Of a stretch of DNA of 64,000 nucleotides, positions 35,389 to 43,727 are shown piece by piece. Position 1 is the stretch's first letter. Every line of letters starts with the position of its first letter. The stretch is from Actinomycetes bacterium (GTDB lineage: Bacteria; Actinomycetota; Acidimicrobiia; Acidimicrobiales; Microtrichaceae): contig JAKOVA010000182.1 in the NCBI GenBank assembly GCA_029782335.1, positions 27,221-91,220 on the forward strand, written 5' to 3'. The notes under the pieces were generated by a model. It ran no database searches. It was not told the origin of the DNA and worked only from the letters and a program-made list of their open reading frames with translations. The translations under genes were made by a program, and so were the position numbers.

Positions 35389-36897
35389 ATGTCGAGATAC
35401 GAAGCCGTCGAGTTGTCCGGGCGGTCGGTGTTGCTCGTCGGCCTCGGTCGGCACGGTGGTGGCGTCGGGGTGGCCCGCTACCTCGTCTCCCGTGGTGCGA
35501 GCGTGACCGTGACCGATGCCTTGGGGCTCGACGTGCTCGCGGCGTCCGTTGGTCGTCTGGACGACCTCTCGGGGATCACCTACGTCCTCGGTGGTCACGA
35601 CGGGATCGACCCGGAAGCATTCGACATGGTCGTGCGGAACCCGGCGGTTCGCGACGACCATCCGCTGCTCGTTGCCGCACGCCGGCACGGCCGACCCGTG
35701 CACTCGGAGGCGACCCTGTTGGTCCGAGACTTCCCCGGCACCATCATCGGCGTCACCGGCTCCAAGGGGAAGACCTCCACGTGCTACTTCCTCGCCCATC
35801 TGCTCGCCGGCACAGGAGCAGAGGTTCACCTCGTGGGGAATATGGGCGGTTCGGCGCTCGAGGCGGTCGCCGGGGGGAGCGCCGAGTCGATCGCGGTGTG
35901 GGAGGCGTCGTCGTTCCAGGTGGATGCGCTCGCGGAGGCCGGGTTGTCGGTGCCGATCGCGGTGCTCACGTGCCTGCATCCGGATCATCTCGACCGTTAC
36001 GGCGATGTTGCGGCCTACTACGCGTCCAAGGAGCAGCTCTTCACGCTGCAACGTGAGGGCGACTGGCGGGTGATGCCACCGGCCGCGTCGCTGCCCGGCG
36101 GTTTCGCAGCGTCGTCGGCCGCGAGGTGGGCGTGCGTCGGGGCGGATGACGCCACCGCGGAGTTGGCGGCGTGGCGTCGCGGCGACGTGTTGGAAGTCCG
36201 AGACTCGGCCGGTGCGGTCTCGATGGTTGCGACGACGGCGTCGTTGGGGATCGAGGCGAGCCATCGGGTCGACAACGTGGTCACGGCGCTCGGCGCAGCG
36301 TTGGCGGCCGGCGGTGACCTCGAGGTCCTCCGAGAACGGCTGGTGTCGTTGCCGTCGGTGCCCCACCGGATGGAACTCGTCCCGACCGCTGACGGCCGGC
36401 GCTGGATCAACGACACTGCGGCGACGAATCCCACCGCCGCAGGTGCCGGGGTCCGTGCGATCGCGTCGAGGGGGTCGACGACGGTGATCTGCGGTGGCGC
36501 CTCCAAAGGGCTCGACCCGTCACCACTGGTCGACGCTCTTGTGAGCTCGCGACCCGCGATCGTGCTGCTCGCCGGCGCTGAGACCGACCGCATCGCCGCC
36601 GAGCTCGCCGCCCGAGACGTGGCCGTGGTCGCCGTCGCGGGATCGATGAACGAGGCAGTCGCGCTCGCCGGCGGCACCGACGCGGCGACGGTGCTGTTGT
36701 CACCGGGATGTTCGAGTTTCGGGATGTTCACCGACGAGTTCGACCGCGGGGCTCGCTTCATCGCAGCGGTCATCCGGCGCGACGGCGTCGAGGTCGACGA
36801 CGCACTGCTGGCCCGGTTCGCGGACCCACGGCATCGCCCACTGCCCGAGCTGATCGCCAGGGGGGGTGGCGCTACGGGACGTTCCGCTGCTGGTTGA
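35389..36897 (+). CDS. MurD-like Mur ligase (UDP-N-acetylmuramoyl-L-alanine--D-glutamate ligase family)
   Basis: ORF 35284..36897 trimmed to ATG at 35389. N-terminal Rossmann-like VLLVGLGRHGGGVGVARYLVSRGASVTVTD. P-loop GVTGSKGKTST. No other dcw-cluster genes are nearby. Confidence 0.8.
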   Translation: MSRYEAVELSGRSVLLVGLGRHGGGVGVARYLVSRGASVTVTDALGLDVLAASVGRLDDLSGITYVLGGHDGIDPEAFDMVVRNPAVRDDHPLLVAARRHGRPVHSEATLLVRDFPGTIIGVTGSKGKTSTCYFLAHLLAGTGAEVHLVGNMGGSALEAVAGGSAESIAVWEASSFQVDALAEAGLSVPIAVLTCLHPDHLDRYGDVAAYYASKEQLFTLQREGDWRVMPPAASLPGGFAASSAARWACVGADDATAELAAWRRGDVLEVRDSAGAVSMVATTASLGIEASHRVDNVVTALGAALAAGGDLEVLRERLVSLPSVPHRMELVPTADGRRWINDTAATNPTAAGAGVRAIASRGSTTVICGGASKGLDPSPLVDALVSSRPAIVLLAGAETDRIAAELAARDVAVVAVAGSMNEAVALAGGTDAATVLLSPGCSSFGMFTDEFDRGARFIAAVIRRDGVEVDDALLARFADPRHRPLPELIARGGGATGRSAAG

Positions 36898-36949
36898 CCG
36901 GAGCGCTTGTCGGCAGTCGGGGGCCGGGATCTCGGTCGCTGGCTGCTGA

Positions 36950-37033
36950 GTTCGTGGTCGGCGCGGTCGAGGTCGTGGCCAGCGCGGTCGGGGTCGTGGT
37001 CGGCGCGGTCGAGGTCGTGGCCGGCGCGGCTCA
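36950..37033. repeat. 21-bp tandem repeat x4 (GGTCGTGG(T/C)C(G/A)GCGCGGTCG(A/G))
   Basis: Read directly. Copies are at 36950, 36971, 36992 and 37013. The last copy contains the stop codon (37031-37033) of the minus-strand M15 peptidase gene. Confidence 0.9.
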
Positions 37034-38281
37034 GTTGCCGTTGGTGGACCAGTGCCAGGGTTCCGACGGCAGGTTCCGGAACCCGTAGGAGCCGGCGTTC
37101 GCGCGCATCCAAGCGAACGCCGCAGATCCGCGGGTCAGGGTCCGTCCGCCCGATGTGAAGTCGATCGCCAACCCCTGCTCGTGCATCGACGAACCGGGCC
37201 GTGCCGTCGGAGGCCGACACGACGAGGCGGGTGCCTGGTAGATGGCGTAGTTCGAGCTGCCGCAGTTCGAACGGCGCACGGCGATCTGGCCGGCTGGGTC
37301 GCGGTAGCCGCCGCCGCTGAGTTCGATGCCGGCGGCGCGGGCGGCGTTGAGCAGGGCGTCGAGCTGAGAAGCGATGCTCGATGCGACACGGATTCCCTGG
37401 ACGGTCACGATCCCCGAACCGCCGGAGGTGGAAAAGACCCGAGCGGTGCCTCCCGAAGTGGAGGCCTTCTTCGATCGGTTGATCGCTGCGACCCGCTGGG
37501 CGAGTGCCCCTTGGCGGGAGATGATCTGATCCGAGAGGGCCTTGTCGATGCCGGCAAGCGACTCCGCCTCCGCGAGCGATGCGTCGATGCGATCGTCAAC
37601 CTGGGTAGCGAAGCGCTGCTGTTCCGCCTCCGCCCCTTTCAGCTCCTGGAGCCGGTCTGACACGGCGCTGCGTCGCCGCTTCGCGCGATCAGCGGCGGTG
37701 ATCGCCTTCTGGCGAGCGGAGGCGAGGGCCTCACGAACGGTTCGATAATTCTCGACCGAATCCAAGTTGAGCTCGGAGCGAAACTCCAACAGGGTTTTGC
37801 GGTTGGCAGCGTCGGTGGCGCTGCTCGCCGAGTAGATCGACCACGAGTCCTCACGGCTCGCTCGGACGAATACGTCGACCGCCTGTTGGCGCATGCGGTC
37901 GCGCAGGGACGCGAGCTCCGCTTCGGCGCGTGCTTCGGCGTCACGGGCCGTCGCCACTTCGGCATCCGCGGCGTCGGCGGCGCGTTGGGCATCTTCGAGG
38001 CGGGCCGTGGTCGACGCGACGTGATCGGACAAGTCGGCGAGGGCCGCCTGGATCTGCTTGTCGGTGGCCTTGAGCGCATTGACCTTGGCCGCGGCCTTCG
38101 CCTTGTTGGCGCGGACGCGGTTCCGTTGCGACTCGAGCTGTCGGATGCGCTGTTCCTCGGCGGACAGGGGGCGCGAGCGCGTGGTGGCGGCGGAAGCGCT
38201 CGGTGTGAAGACGGCGAGCGTGCCGACAGCGAGCGCCGCGGCAACCCAGCGAGTCGGTCGGGAGCAGGAGAATCGGTGCAT
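37031..38281 (-). CDS. secreted coiled-coil protein with C-terminal M15 (VanY/D-Ala-D-Ala carboxypeptidase-like) peptidase domain
   Basis: ORF trimmed to ATG at 38281. Signal peptide (AAALAVGTLAVFTPSASA). About 230 aa of Ala/Arg/Glu/Gln-rich heptad-like sequence. M15 motifs SMHEQGLAIDF and EPWHW. Confidence 0.8.
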   Translation of the reverse strand: MHRFSCSRPTRWVAAALAVGTLAVFTPSASAATTRSRPLSAEEQRIRQLESQRNRVRANKAKAAAKVNALKATDKQIQAALADLSDHVASTTARLEDAQRAADAADAEVATARDAEARAEAELASLRDRMRQQAVDVFVRASREDSWSIYSASSATDAANRKTLLEFRSELNLDSVENYRTVREALASARQKAITAADRAKRRRSAVSDRLQELKGAEAEQQRFATQVDDRIDASLAEAESLAGIDKALSDQIISRQGALAQRVAAINRSKKASTSGGTARVFSTSGGSGIVTVQGIRVASSIASQLDALLNAARAAGIELSGGGYRDPAGQIAVRRSNCGSSNYAIYQAPASSCRPPTARPGSSMHEQGLAIDFTSGGRTLTRGSAAFAWMRANAGSYGFRNLPSEPWHWSTNGN

Positions 38282-38421
38282 GGGGGAACGGCGGGTCGCG
38301 GGACAGTCCGGACCGTCACGAAATCGTAACACGAGCGGTCGCGCTGCCGCCGGTCGCGCGTGGGTGCTCACCTCGCCCACGATGGGGGCCTGGCGATGGC
38401 GGACGAGCACTCGGCAAGCGC

Positions 38422-39216
38422 TCAGCGTTGGCACGAGCGACACAACGTTGTGGTCCGGCCGCCGACGGTGATTCTGCTCAGGGGCCGGCCGCAACGTTCG
38501 CAGGGAAGTCCACCACGTCCGTAGCAGGCGAGGTGGTGCTGGTGGCCTCCCTCGCCGCCCTCAACGGTCTGGTAGTCGCGAAGGGTCGTTCCTCCGTGAT
38601 CGATGCCGGCCCGCAGGACGTCGCGAATCGCTCCGTGCAGACGAGCGGCGGCCGGCCTGCCGACGACGTGTCGCGCGGGGTGGATCCGCGCGAACCACAA
38701 CGCCTCATCGGCGTAGATGTTGCCCAGACCGGCGACCGGTCGTTGTCCGAGGAGTTGGGTCTTGACCGCCTGGGTGCTGCGTCGCAGCGCCTCGTACAGC
38801 GACTGTGGCGTGAAGGCCTCGTCGAACGGTTCAGGACCGAGGGACGCGAGGAGTCCCGTGTAGTGGCCGGCGCTCACGACCGCGATGCGTCCGAACCGGC
38901 GGACATCGCGGAACTCGAATCCTGCGCCGTCGGCGAAATGCCAGCGAGCTCGGACGTAGGGGTCGTCGAGGGTGCCCGTCGCTGTCGGCCGGAGAACTCC
39001 CGTCATGCCGAGGTGGATGATCAGCTCACGCCCGTCGTCGAGGTCGATGAGGAGGAACTTCCCGCGTCGACGCACGTCGATCAGCTGTGATCCGACAACC
39101 TCGAGGGCGGAGCAGAACTTCTCCGAGGGGTGCGACGTCGCGTCGACGACGTGCCGGCCGCGCAGGAGCGTCGTGAGCTGGCGGCGGACCGTCTCGACCT
39201 CCGGAAGTTCGGGCAT
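38422..39216 (-). CDS. mutM: formamidopyrimidine-DNA glycosylase
   Basis: MPELPEVETVRRQL N-terminus (catalytic Pro2). C-terminal zinc finger CERCGRP...CRSCQ. ORF trimmed by two codons so that it starts at MPELPEV. Confidence 0.9.
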   Translation of the reverse strand: MPELPEVETVRRQLTTLLRGRHVVDATSHPSEKFCSALEVVGSQLIDVRRRGKFLLIDLDDGRELIIHLGMTGVLRPTATGTLDDPYVRARWHFADGAGFEFRDVRRFGRIAVVSAGHYTGLLASLGPEPFDEAFTPQSLYEALRRSTQAVKTQLLGQRPVAGLGNIYADEALWFARIHPARHVVGRPAAARLHGAIRDVLRAGIDHGGTTLRDYQTVEGGEGGHQHHLACYGRGGLPCERCGRPLSRITVGGRTTTLCRSCQR

Positions 39217-39320
39217 CGACACATCATCGCTGTGAGCATTGTCACTCCGCCGGTTCCCCGCTCATGCATGCATCAACCCCTGGGTCGAGTCGTACACTGG
39301 GCGCTCCCTCAACCCACCGA

Positions 39321-39342
39321 ACCCCGAGCTGAATTTCGGGGT
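39321..39342. promoter_or_regulatory. inverted repeat ACCCCGA-N8-TCGGGGT upstream of the TetR gene (possible autoregulatory operator or 5' hairpin)
   Basis: 7+7 bp perfect arms located 15 nt upstream of the TetR ATG, overlapping the region just 5' of the GAGGAG SD. Confidence 0.3.
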
Positions 39343-39356
39343 GACGAGGAGACCCG

Positions 39357-39980
39357 ATGTCCGGCGAACCCGGTACCGAAGAATCCGAACTTGACACGCG
39401 CGAGCGACTCGTCCGTTCCGCGGTGGAAGTGTTCCTCGAGAAGGGCTACGGCGGTGCCCGCGTGCAGGACATCGCGCGGAAGGCCGGCTACACCGCCGGC
39501 GCGTTGTACGTCCATTTCCCGAGCCGCACCGCGTTGCTCGGCGAAGCGATCGTGATGGAGGGCGAGAGCATCATCGATTCGCTCATCCAGCACTTCTCCG
39601 TCACCCCCGGCAACGGGTCGGTGTCGCGGGCGCTCGCCGAGTACGCAACGGCCGAGAGCGGGTCGCTCGACGTGTTGTTGCTCGAGGCGCTCGCGCTCGC
39701 GTCGCGGGACAAGGAGTGCCGAGACATGCTCGCAGCGTCCTTGGACCGGTTGGAGGCGAGCATCGGCGCGCAGATCGACCTGGCGATGCAGGACTCGCTG
39801 ATCGATCCGTCCCTCGACGCCGAGACGCTCGGAACCTTCTTCTCATCATGGATCCTCGGCACGATGGTTCATCGGGCCGTGGGACTGCGCCGCACCGACA
39901 CGGAGTCGATGTTCGAACTCTGCGAGCGCATCACGGGGTCGATGCTCCCGGGCTGGACCGCCCCTGAGATCAACCCGTAG
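39357..39980 (+). CDS. TetR/AcrR family transcriptional regulator
   Basis: HTH region RERLVRSAVEVFLEKGYGGARVQDIARKAGYTAGALYVHFPSR. SD GAGGAG upstream. Confidence 0.85.
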   Translation: MSGEPGTEESELDTRERLVRSAVEVFLEKGYGGARVQDIARKAGYTAGALYVHFPSRTALLGEAIVMEGESIIDSLIQHFSVTPGNGSVSRALAEYATAESGSLDVLLLEALALASRDKECRDMLAASLDRLEASIGAQIDLAMQDSLIDPSLDAETLGTFFSSWILGTMVHRAVGLRRTDTESMFELCERITGSMLPGWTAPEINP

Positions 39981-40022
39981 GGGTTCCTCAATCTGCGACG
40001 CGGCGGCGGTAGCGTTGCCCAC

Positions 40023-40901
40023 ATGGTCACGCTGGCGGTCGTCAACCAGAAGGGTGGCGTCGGAAAGACCACCATCGCCTTGGGGGTTGCCGCGGTTGCT
40101 GCGGCTCACGGACTCGACGTCGTCGTGGTGGATCTCGACCCACAGGCGAACGCGACGACGGGCCTCGGCGTGTGGCAGCCGAGTGCGACCGTCGACGATG
40201 CGTTGGGTGGCGATTCCCCCGGGATCGGCGCACAACTCGTCTCGCCGGTCGGTTGGGACCCGTCGCTCTTCCGAGGCAGCGTGCGGACTATCGCCGGCTC
40301 CGGTGCGCTGGCCCAGCGTGAGGCGCAACTCGCGACCGATCCGATCGGAGCTCAGGACCGGCTCCGGATCGCACTCGAGGGCGTCGACGCGGATCTCGTG
40401 ATCATCGACTGCCCGCCGTCGCTCGGCCTGCTGACCGTCAACGGGCTCTTCGCCGCGGACGTCGCCGCGGTGGTCACCGAACCCGCCGCGTGGTCCGCCG
40501 ACGGCGTCGCGCAGATCCTGCGCAACGTCGCAAGGGTTTCAGAACGCCGCGGAGGTGCGCTTCGAGTCGGTGGCATCGTCGTCAACCGCTTGGGCCGGAC
40601 GCGTGACGCCCGTTACTGGGATGAACAGCTCGTCGAGTCGCACGGTGACGCCGTGATTCGTCCGGCGGTGCGGCTACGCGCCGCGGTCGCCGAGGCGGCG
40701 GCTCAGTCGCTGCCGATCCATGCGCTCGACCGTGACGGCGTTGCCGATGCCATCGCCGATCTCGAGGCGGTCGCTGCGGCGCTCATCGGTCCGATGGGCC
40801 CGTTCGTGATCTCCTCGGATGGCGCGCACGACCTGATCGCCGTCGGGGTGTCGGCCGACGCTCATCCCGCTGTCGAAGGCGTCGATCATGTCGCCCTATG
40901 A
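40023..40901 (+). CDS. ParA/Soj-family P-loop ATPase (orphan)
   Basis: Deviant Walker A VVNQKGGVGKTT. Also DLDPQANAT and IIDCPPSLG. Confidence 0.85.
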   Translation: MVTLAVVNQKGGVGKTTIALGVAAVAAAHGLDVVVVDLDPQANATTGLGVWQPSATVDDALGGDSPGIGAQLVSPVGWDPSLFRGSVRTIAGSGALAQREAQLATDPIGAQDRLRIALEGVDADLVIIDCPPSLGLLTVNGLFAADVAAVVTEPAAWSADGVAQILRNVARVSERRGGALRVGGIVVNRLGRTRDARYWDEQLVESHGDAVIRPAVRLRAAVAEAAAQSLPIHALDRDGVADAIADLEAVAAALIGPMGPFVISSDGAHDLIAVGVSADAHPAVEGVDHVAL

Positions 40902-41256
40902 CCCCAAGCGCACTCGACCGACGCCTGCGGTCGACGACGCCGACGGGTTCGCTCAGGTCGACGCGATCCTCGAGCCGCTCCCCGCAGCAGAGCTGAACGA
41001 CACCGCGGCGTCGGCTCCCAGGAGCCCCGCACCGAGCGACCCCCCATCGAGCGACCCCCCGCCGAGCAGCCCCCCACCGAGCAGTACGGACGAGCCCGCT
41101 GGTTCGGGATCAGCGGGCGACGCAGCCGGAGCCGCGATTCGGGTGGCGGGTCCGCTTCCTGAGCCCCGGGGCCCTGGGATGCGACTGGCGCTCGTGGCCG
41201 GCATCGCTGCCGCCGCAGCGGTCGCCTATGCGATAGTTCGTCGCAGGCGCAGCTGA
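40888..41256 (+). CDS. hypothetical Pro/Ser-rich protein with C-terminal TM anchor
   Basis: The ATG overlaps the parA-like 3' end by 14 nt. SDPPSSDPPPSSPPPSS low-complexity region. C-terminal LALVAGIAAAAAVAYAIV followed by RRRRS. Confidence 0.5.
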   Translation: MSPYDPKRTRPTPAVDDADGFAQVDAILEPLPAAELNDTAASAPRSPAPSDPPSSDPPPSSPPPSSTDEPAGSGSAGDAAGAAIRVAGPLPEPRGPGMRLALVAGIAAAAAVAYAIVRRRRS

Positions 41257-41262
41257 GGGTCG

Positions 41263-42612
41263 GTGCACCGCTACGACGAACGCTCCGAGCGGCTCGCCGA
41301 CCAAGTCCTCGCATATCTCCGTGCGCGTCTTGAACTCGATCCGGTCCCGTTGGACCACGGTGCTGATCCCGACGAGCTCAACCGCCTCGCGCCCAGCTTG
41401 ATTTGCGAGGAGGGCAACGACGCACAGGTCGTGCTCGAGCAGTTCGCCGAGATCCTCGCACCGCGGGTGATCTCGGTCGACAGCCCACGCTTCTTGTCCT
41501 TCATCCCTGCCGCGCCGACGAAAGCGAGTCTGCTGTTCGACGCGATCGTGTCGGCCTCATCGCTGAACGGCACCTCGTGGCTGGAGGCGGCGGGCGTGAT
41601 CCACGCCGAGAACCAGGTGCTCCGCTTCCTGGCGGACCTCGCCGGTCTCGGTCCCGGCTCCGGCGGGTGTTTCGTGTCCGGCGGTTCGGCGGGCAACCTC
41701 AACGCCCTGGTGGTGGCGCGTGACGTCGCCCGTCATCGGGGTCGTCTCCCGTCGACCCGGCGGCCTCGGATCCTGGCCTCTGCACAGACCCATGCGTCGA
41801 TCGCGAATGCCGGTCGGATCCTCGATGTCGTCGTCGAGCGCGTCCCGTCGCGCGGAGATCGCTTGCGAGGCGCCGACGTGGCGGCGTTCATGGAACATGA
41901 CGACGACCCGGCGTCGGTGTTCGCTGTGGTCGCGACGGCGGGGACCACCAACGCTGGGCTCGTCGAGGATCTCGACGGGGTCGGGCGCGTCGCCGGCGAA
42001 CTCGGTCTCTGGTTCCACGTGGACGCGGCGTACGGCGGCGCCGCACTGCTTGCACCGTCGGTGCGGGATCGATTCGCGGGAATCGATCGCGCCGACTCGT
42101 TCATCGTCGATCCCCACAAGTGGCTCTTCGCTCCGTTCGATTGCGCAGCGCTGTTGTACCGGGAGCCGGCTCTCGCTCGTGCGGTGCACACCCAGGACGC
42201 GTCCTACCTCGACTCGATCCACGAGACGGGTGCCTGGAACCCTGCCGACTACGCCTATCACCTCACGAGGCGGGCACGTGGACTCGCGCTGTGGTTCTCC
42301 TTGTGTGTTCACGGCGTCGCCGAGTACCGCGCCGCCGTCGAGTCGGCGCTCGAGCTCGCGCAGGTCGCGGCGCGAAAGATCGAACGGCATCCCCGGTTGG
42401 AGCTGGTGTTGGAGCCCGAACTGTCGGTGGTGATGTTTCGGCGCCGCGGGTGGGCTCAACGTGACTACGACGAGTGGTCCGAGCAGCTGCTGGCGTCGCA
42501 GATCGCGTTCGTCCTGCCGTCCCGCTGGCATGACGAGCCGGTGCTGCGCTTCGCGTTCCTCCACCCGTTGACCGATGAGGCCATCGTCGACGAGGTGCTC
42601 GCGACGTTGTGA
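41263..42612 (+). CDS. pyridoxal-dependent (group II) amino-acid decarboxylase
   Basis: 449-aa ORF with GTG start. FVSGGSAGNLNALVVAR and the PLP-lysine region SFIVDPHKWLFAPFDCA. Confidence 0.85.
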   Translation: MHRYDERSERLADQVLAYLRARLELDPVPLDHGADPDELNRLAPSLICEEGNDAQVVLEQFAEILAPRVISVDSPRFLSFIPAAPTKASLLFDAIVSASSLNGTSWLEAAGVIHAENQVLRFLADLAGLGPGSGGCFVSGGSAGNLNALVVARDVARHRGRLPSTRRPRILASAQTHASIANAGRILDVVVERVPSRGDRLRGADVAAFMEHDDDPASVFAVVATAGTTNAGLVEDLDGVGRVAGELGLWFHVDAAYGGAALLAPSVRDRFAGIDRADSFIVDPHKWLFAPFDCAALLYREPALARAVHTQDASYLDSIHETGAWNPADYAYHLTRRARGLALWFSLCVHGVAEYRAAVESALELAQVAARKIERHPRLELVLEPELSVVMFRRRGWAQRDYDEWSEQLLASQIAFVLPSRWHDEPVLRFAFLHPLTDEAIVDEVLATL

Positions 42613-42707
42613 GTCGCGGCTCATCGCCGTCGTCGGAGTTTACGATTGTGTGACAACGTGGCAGGATCGCGCGCTGCCGGACGACATGCGCTCGGCCGAA
42701 TCTCACC

Positions 42708-43658
42708 ATGGCGATCCATCCCACGCTCACCCGACCCACACGTTGGGCCGCTGGCTTGGTGCTCGGCGCGGTCCTCGTGGGCGGTGTGCCCGCTTCGGCG
42801 CAGTCCGGCGATGCGGTGGCCGCTGCACGGGCCCGCCTCGCCACCGCCACCGCCGCACGTCGTGCGGCCGAAGCCCGCGTGACCCGTCTGACCGCGGCGC
42901 GCGATCGCGTGGCTGCTCTGTTCGCAACGGCGTCCGCGGAGTTGGGGGCCACCGCCGCCCAGATCGCCGAGGCGCGTGAGGAGTTGCGGGAGCGTGCCGT
43001 CGAGGCCTTCATCGTCCACGGGAACGGTGGACGGCTCGCTGCGATCTTCGGGAGCGATCGACTCGAGGACATCTCGGTTCGCTCGTCGTTGATCATGAAC
43101 CAGGCGTCCGCCGCAGCGGATGCGGCGGACCTCTACCAGCAGCTCCGCGACCAGAACGACCCTGAAGTGGTGCGGCTCGGCGTGCTGCTCGACGACACCG
43201 AACGTCGGCTGGCTTCCGCACGCGATGACCTGTTGCAGACGGCTGCGATCGAGGCCGACGCAGAACGGGCGCTGACCCGTGCGATCCGTCAGGCGGCGGC
43301 CGCGCGTGCCGCGGCGGCGCGGCCGGCCGCTGCTCCTGGCGCCGTGGCGGCGAAGGCTGCGTCGAAGGCGTCGTCGGTCCGGGCAACGGCGACGCGCGTC
43401 GATCAGCCCGCAGACCAGAACGCCGCTGGCTGGGCTGCGCTCGTGAAGTGCGAGTCCGGCGGTAACTACGCCGCAGTCAGCTCGTCGGGCCGCTACCGGG
43501 GCGCCTACCAGTTCGATCAGCGGACGTGGGAGTCGGTCGGCGGTGTCGGCGACCCGGCGGCCGCGCCGCCTGCGGAGCAGGACTACCGGGCTCGTCGCCT
43601 TTACGAGCAGCGCGGCGCTCGGGCCTGGCCGCACTGCGGCATCCACTTGCGCCGCTGA
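42708..43658 (+). CDS. secreted coiled-coil protein with C-terminal Rpf-like/transglycosylase-like domain
   Basis: Signal peptide (LVLGAVLVGGVPASA). About 200 aa of Ala/Arg/Glu-rich helical region. C-terminus WAALVKCESGGNYAAVSSSGRYRGAYQFDQRTWESVGG...WPHCG resembles Rpf/transglycosylase-like domains. Confidence 0.8.
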   Translation: MAIHPTLTRPTRWAAGLVLGAVLVGGVPASAQSGDAVAAARARLATATAARRAAEARVTRLTAARDRVAALFATASAELGATAAQIAEAREELRERAVEAFIVHGNGGRLAAIFGSDRLEDISVRSSLIMNQASAAADAADLYQQLRDQNDPEVVRLGVLLDDTERRLASARDDLLQTAAIEADAERALTRAIRQAAAARAAAARPAAAPGAVAAKAASKASSVRATATRVDQPADQNAAGWAALVKCESGGNYAAVSSSGRYRGAYQFDQRTWESVGGVGDPAAAPPAEQDYRARRLYEQRGARAWPHCGIHLRR

Positions 43659-43727
43659 GCATCGAGGGCGCATGGGGCACGTCGCCGTCCCGTAGTGTCG
43701 ACGCGGTCGCAATCCGAAGGGGGTTTC

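Noticed and set aside
36018-37220. 400-aa minus-strand ORF containing the heptad DRAGHDL/DRADHDP repeats
   Set aside because: Most of it is antisense to the well-supported murD-like gene. The repeat peptide arises only because the 21-bp DNA repeat is a multiple of three.
42613-42707. c-di-AMP (ydaO-type) riboswitch upstream of the Rpf-like gene
   Set aside because: The intergenic region is only 95 nt, and I could not trace the pseudo-two-fold helices or conserved motifs of that riboswitch.
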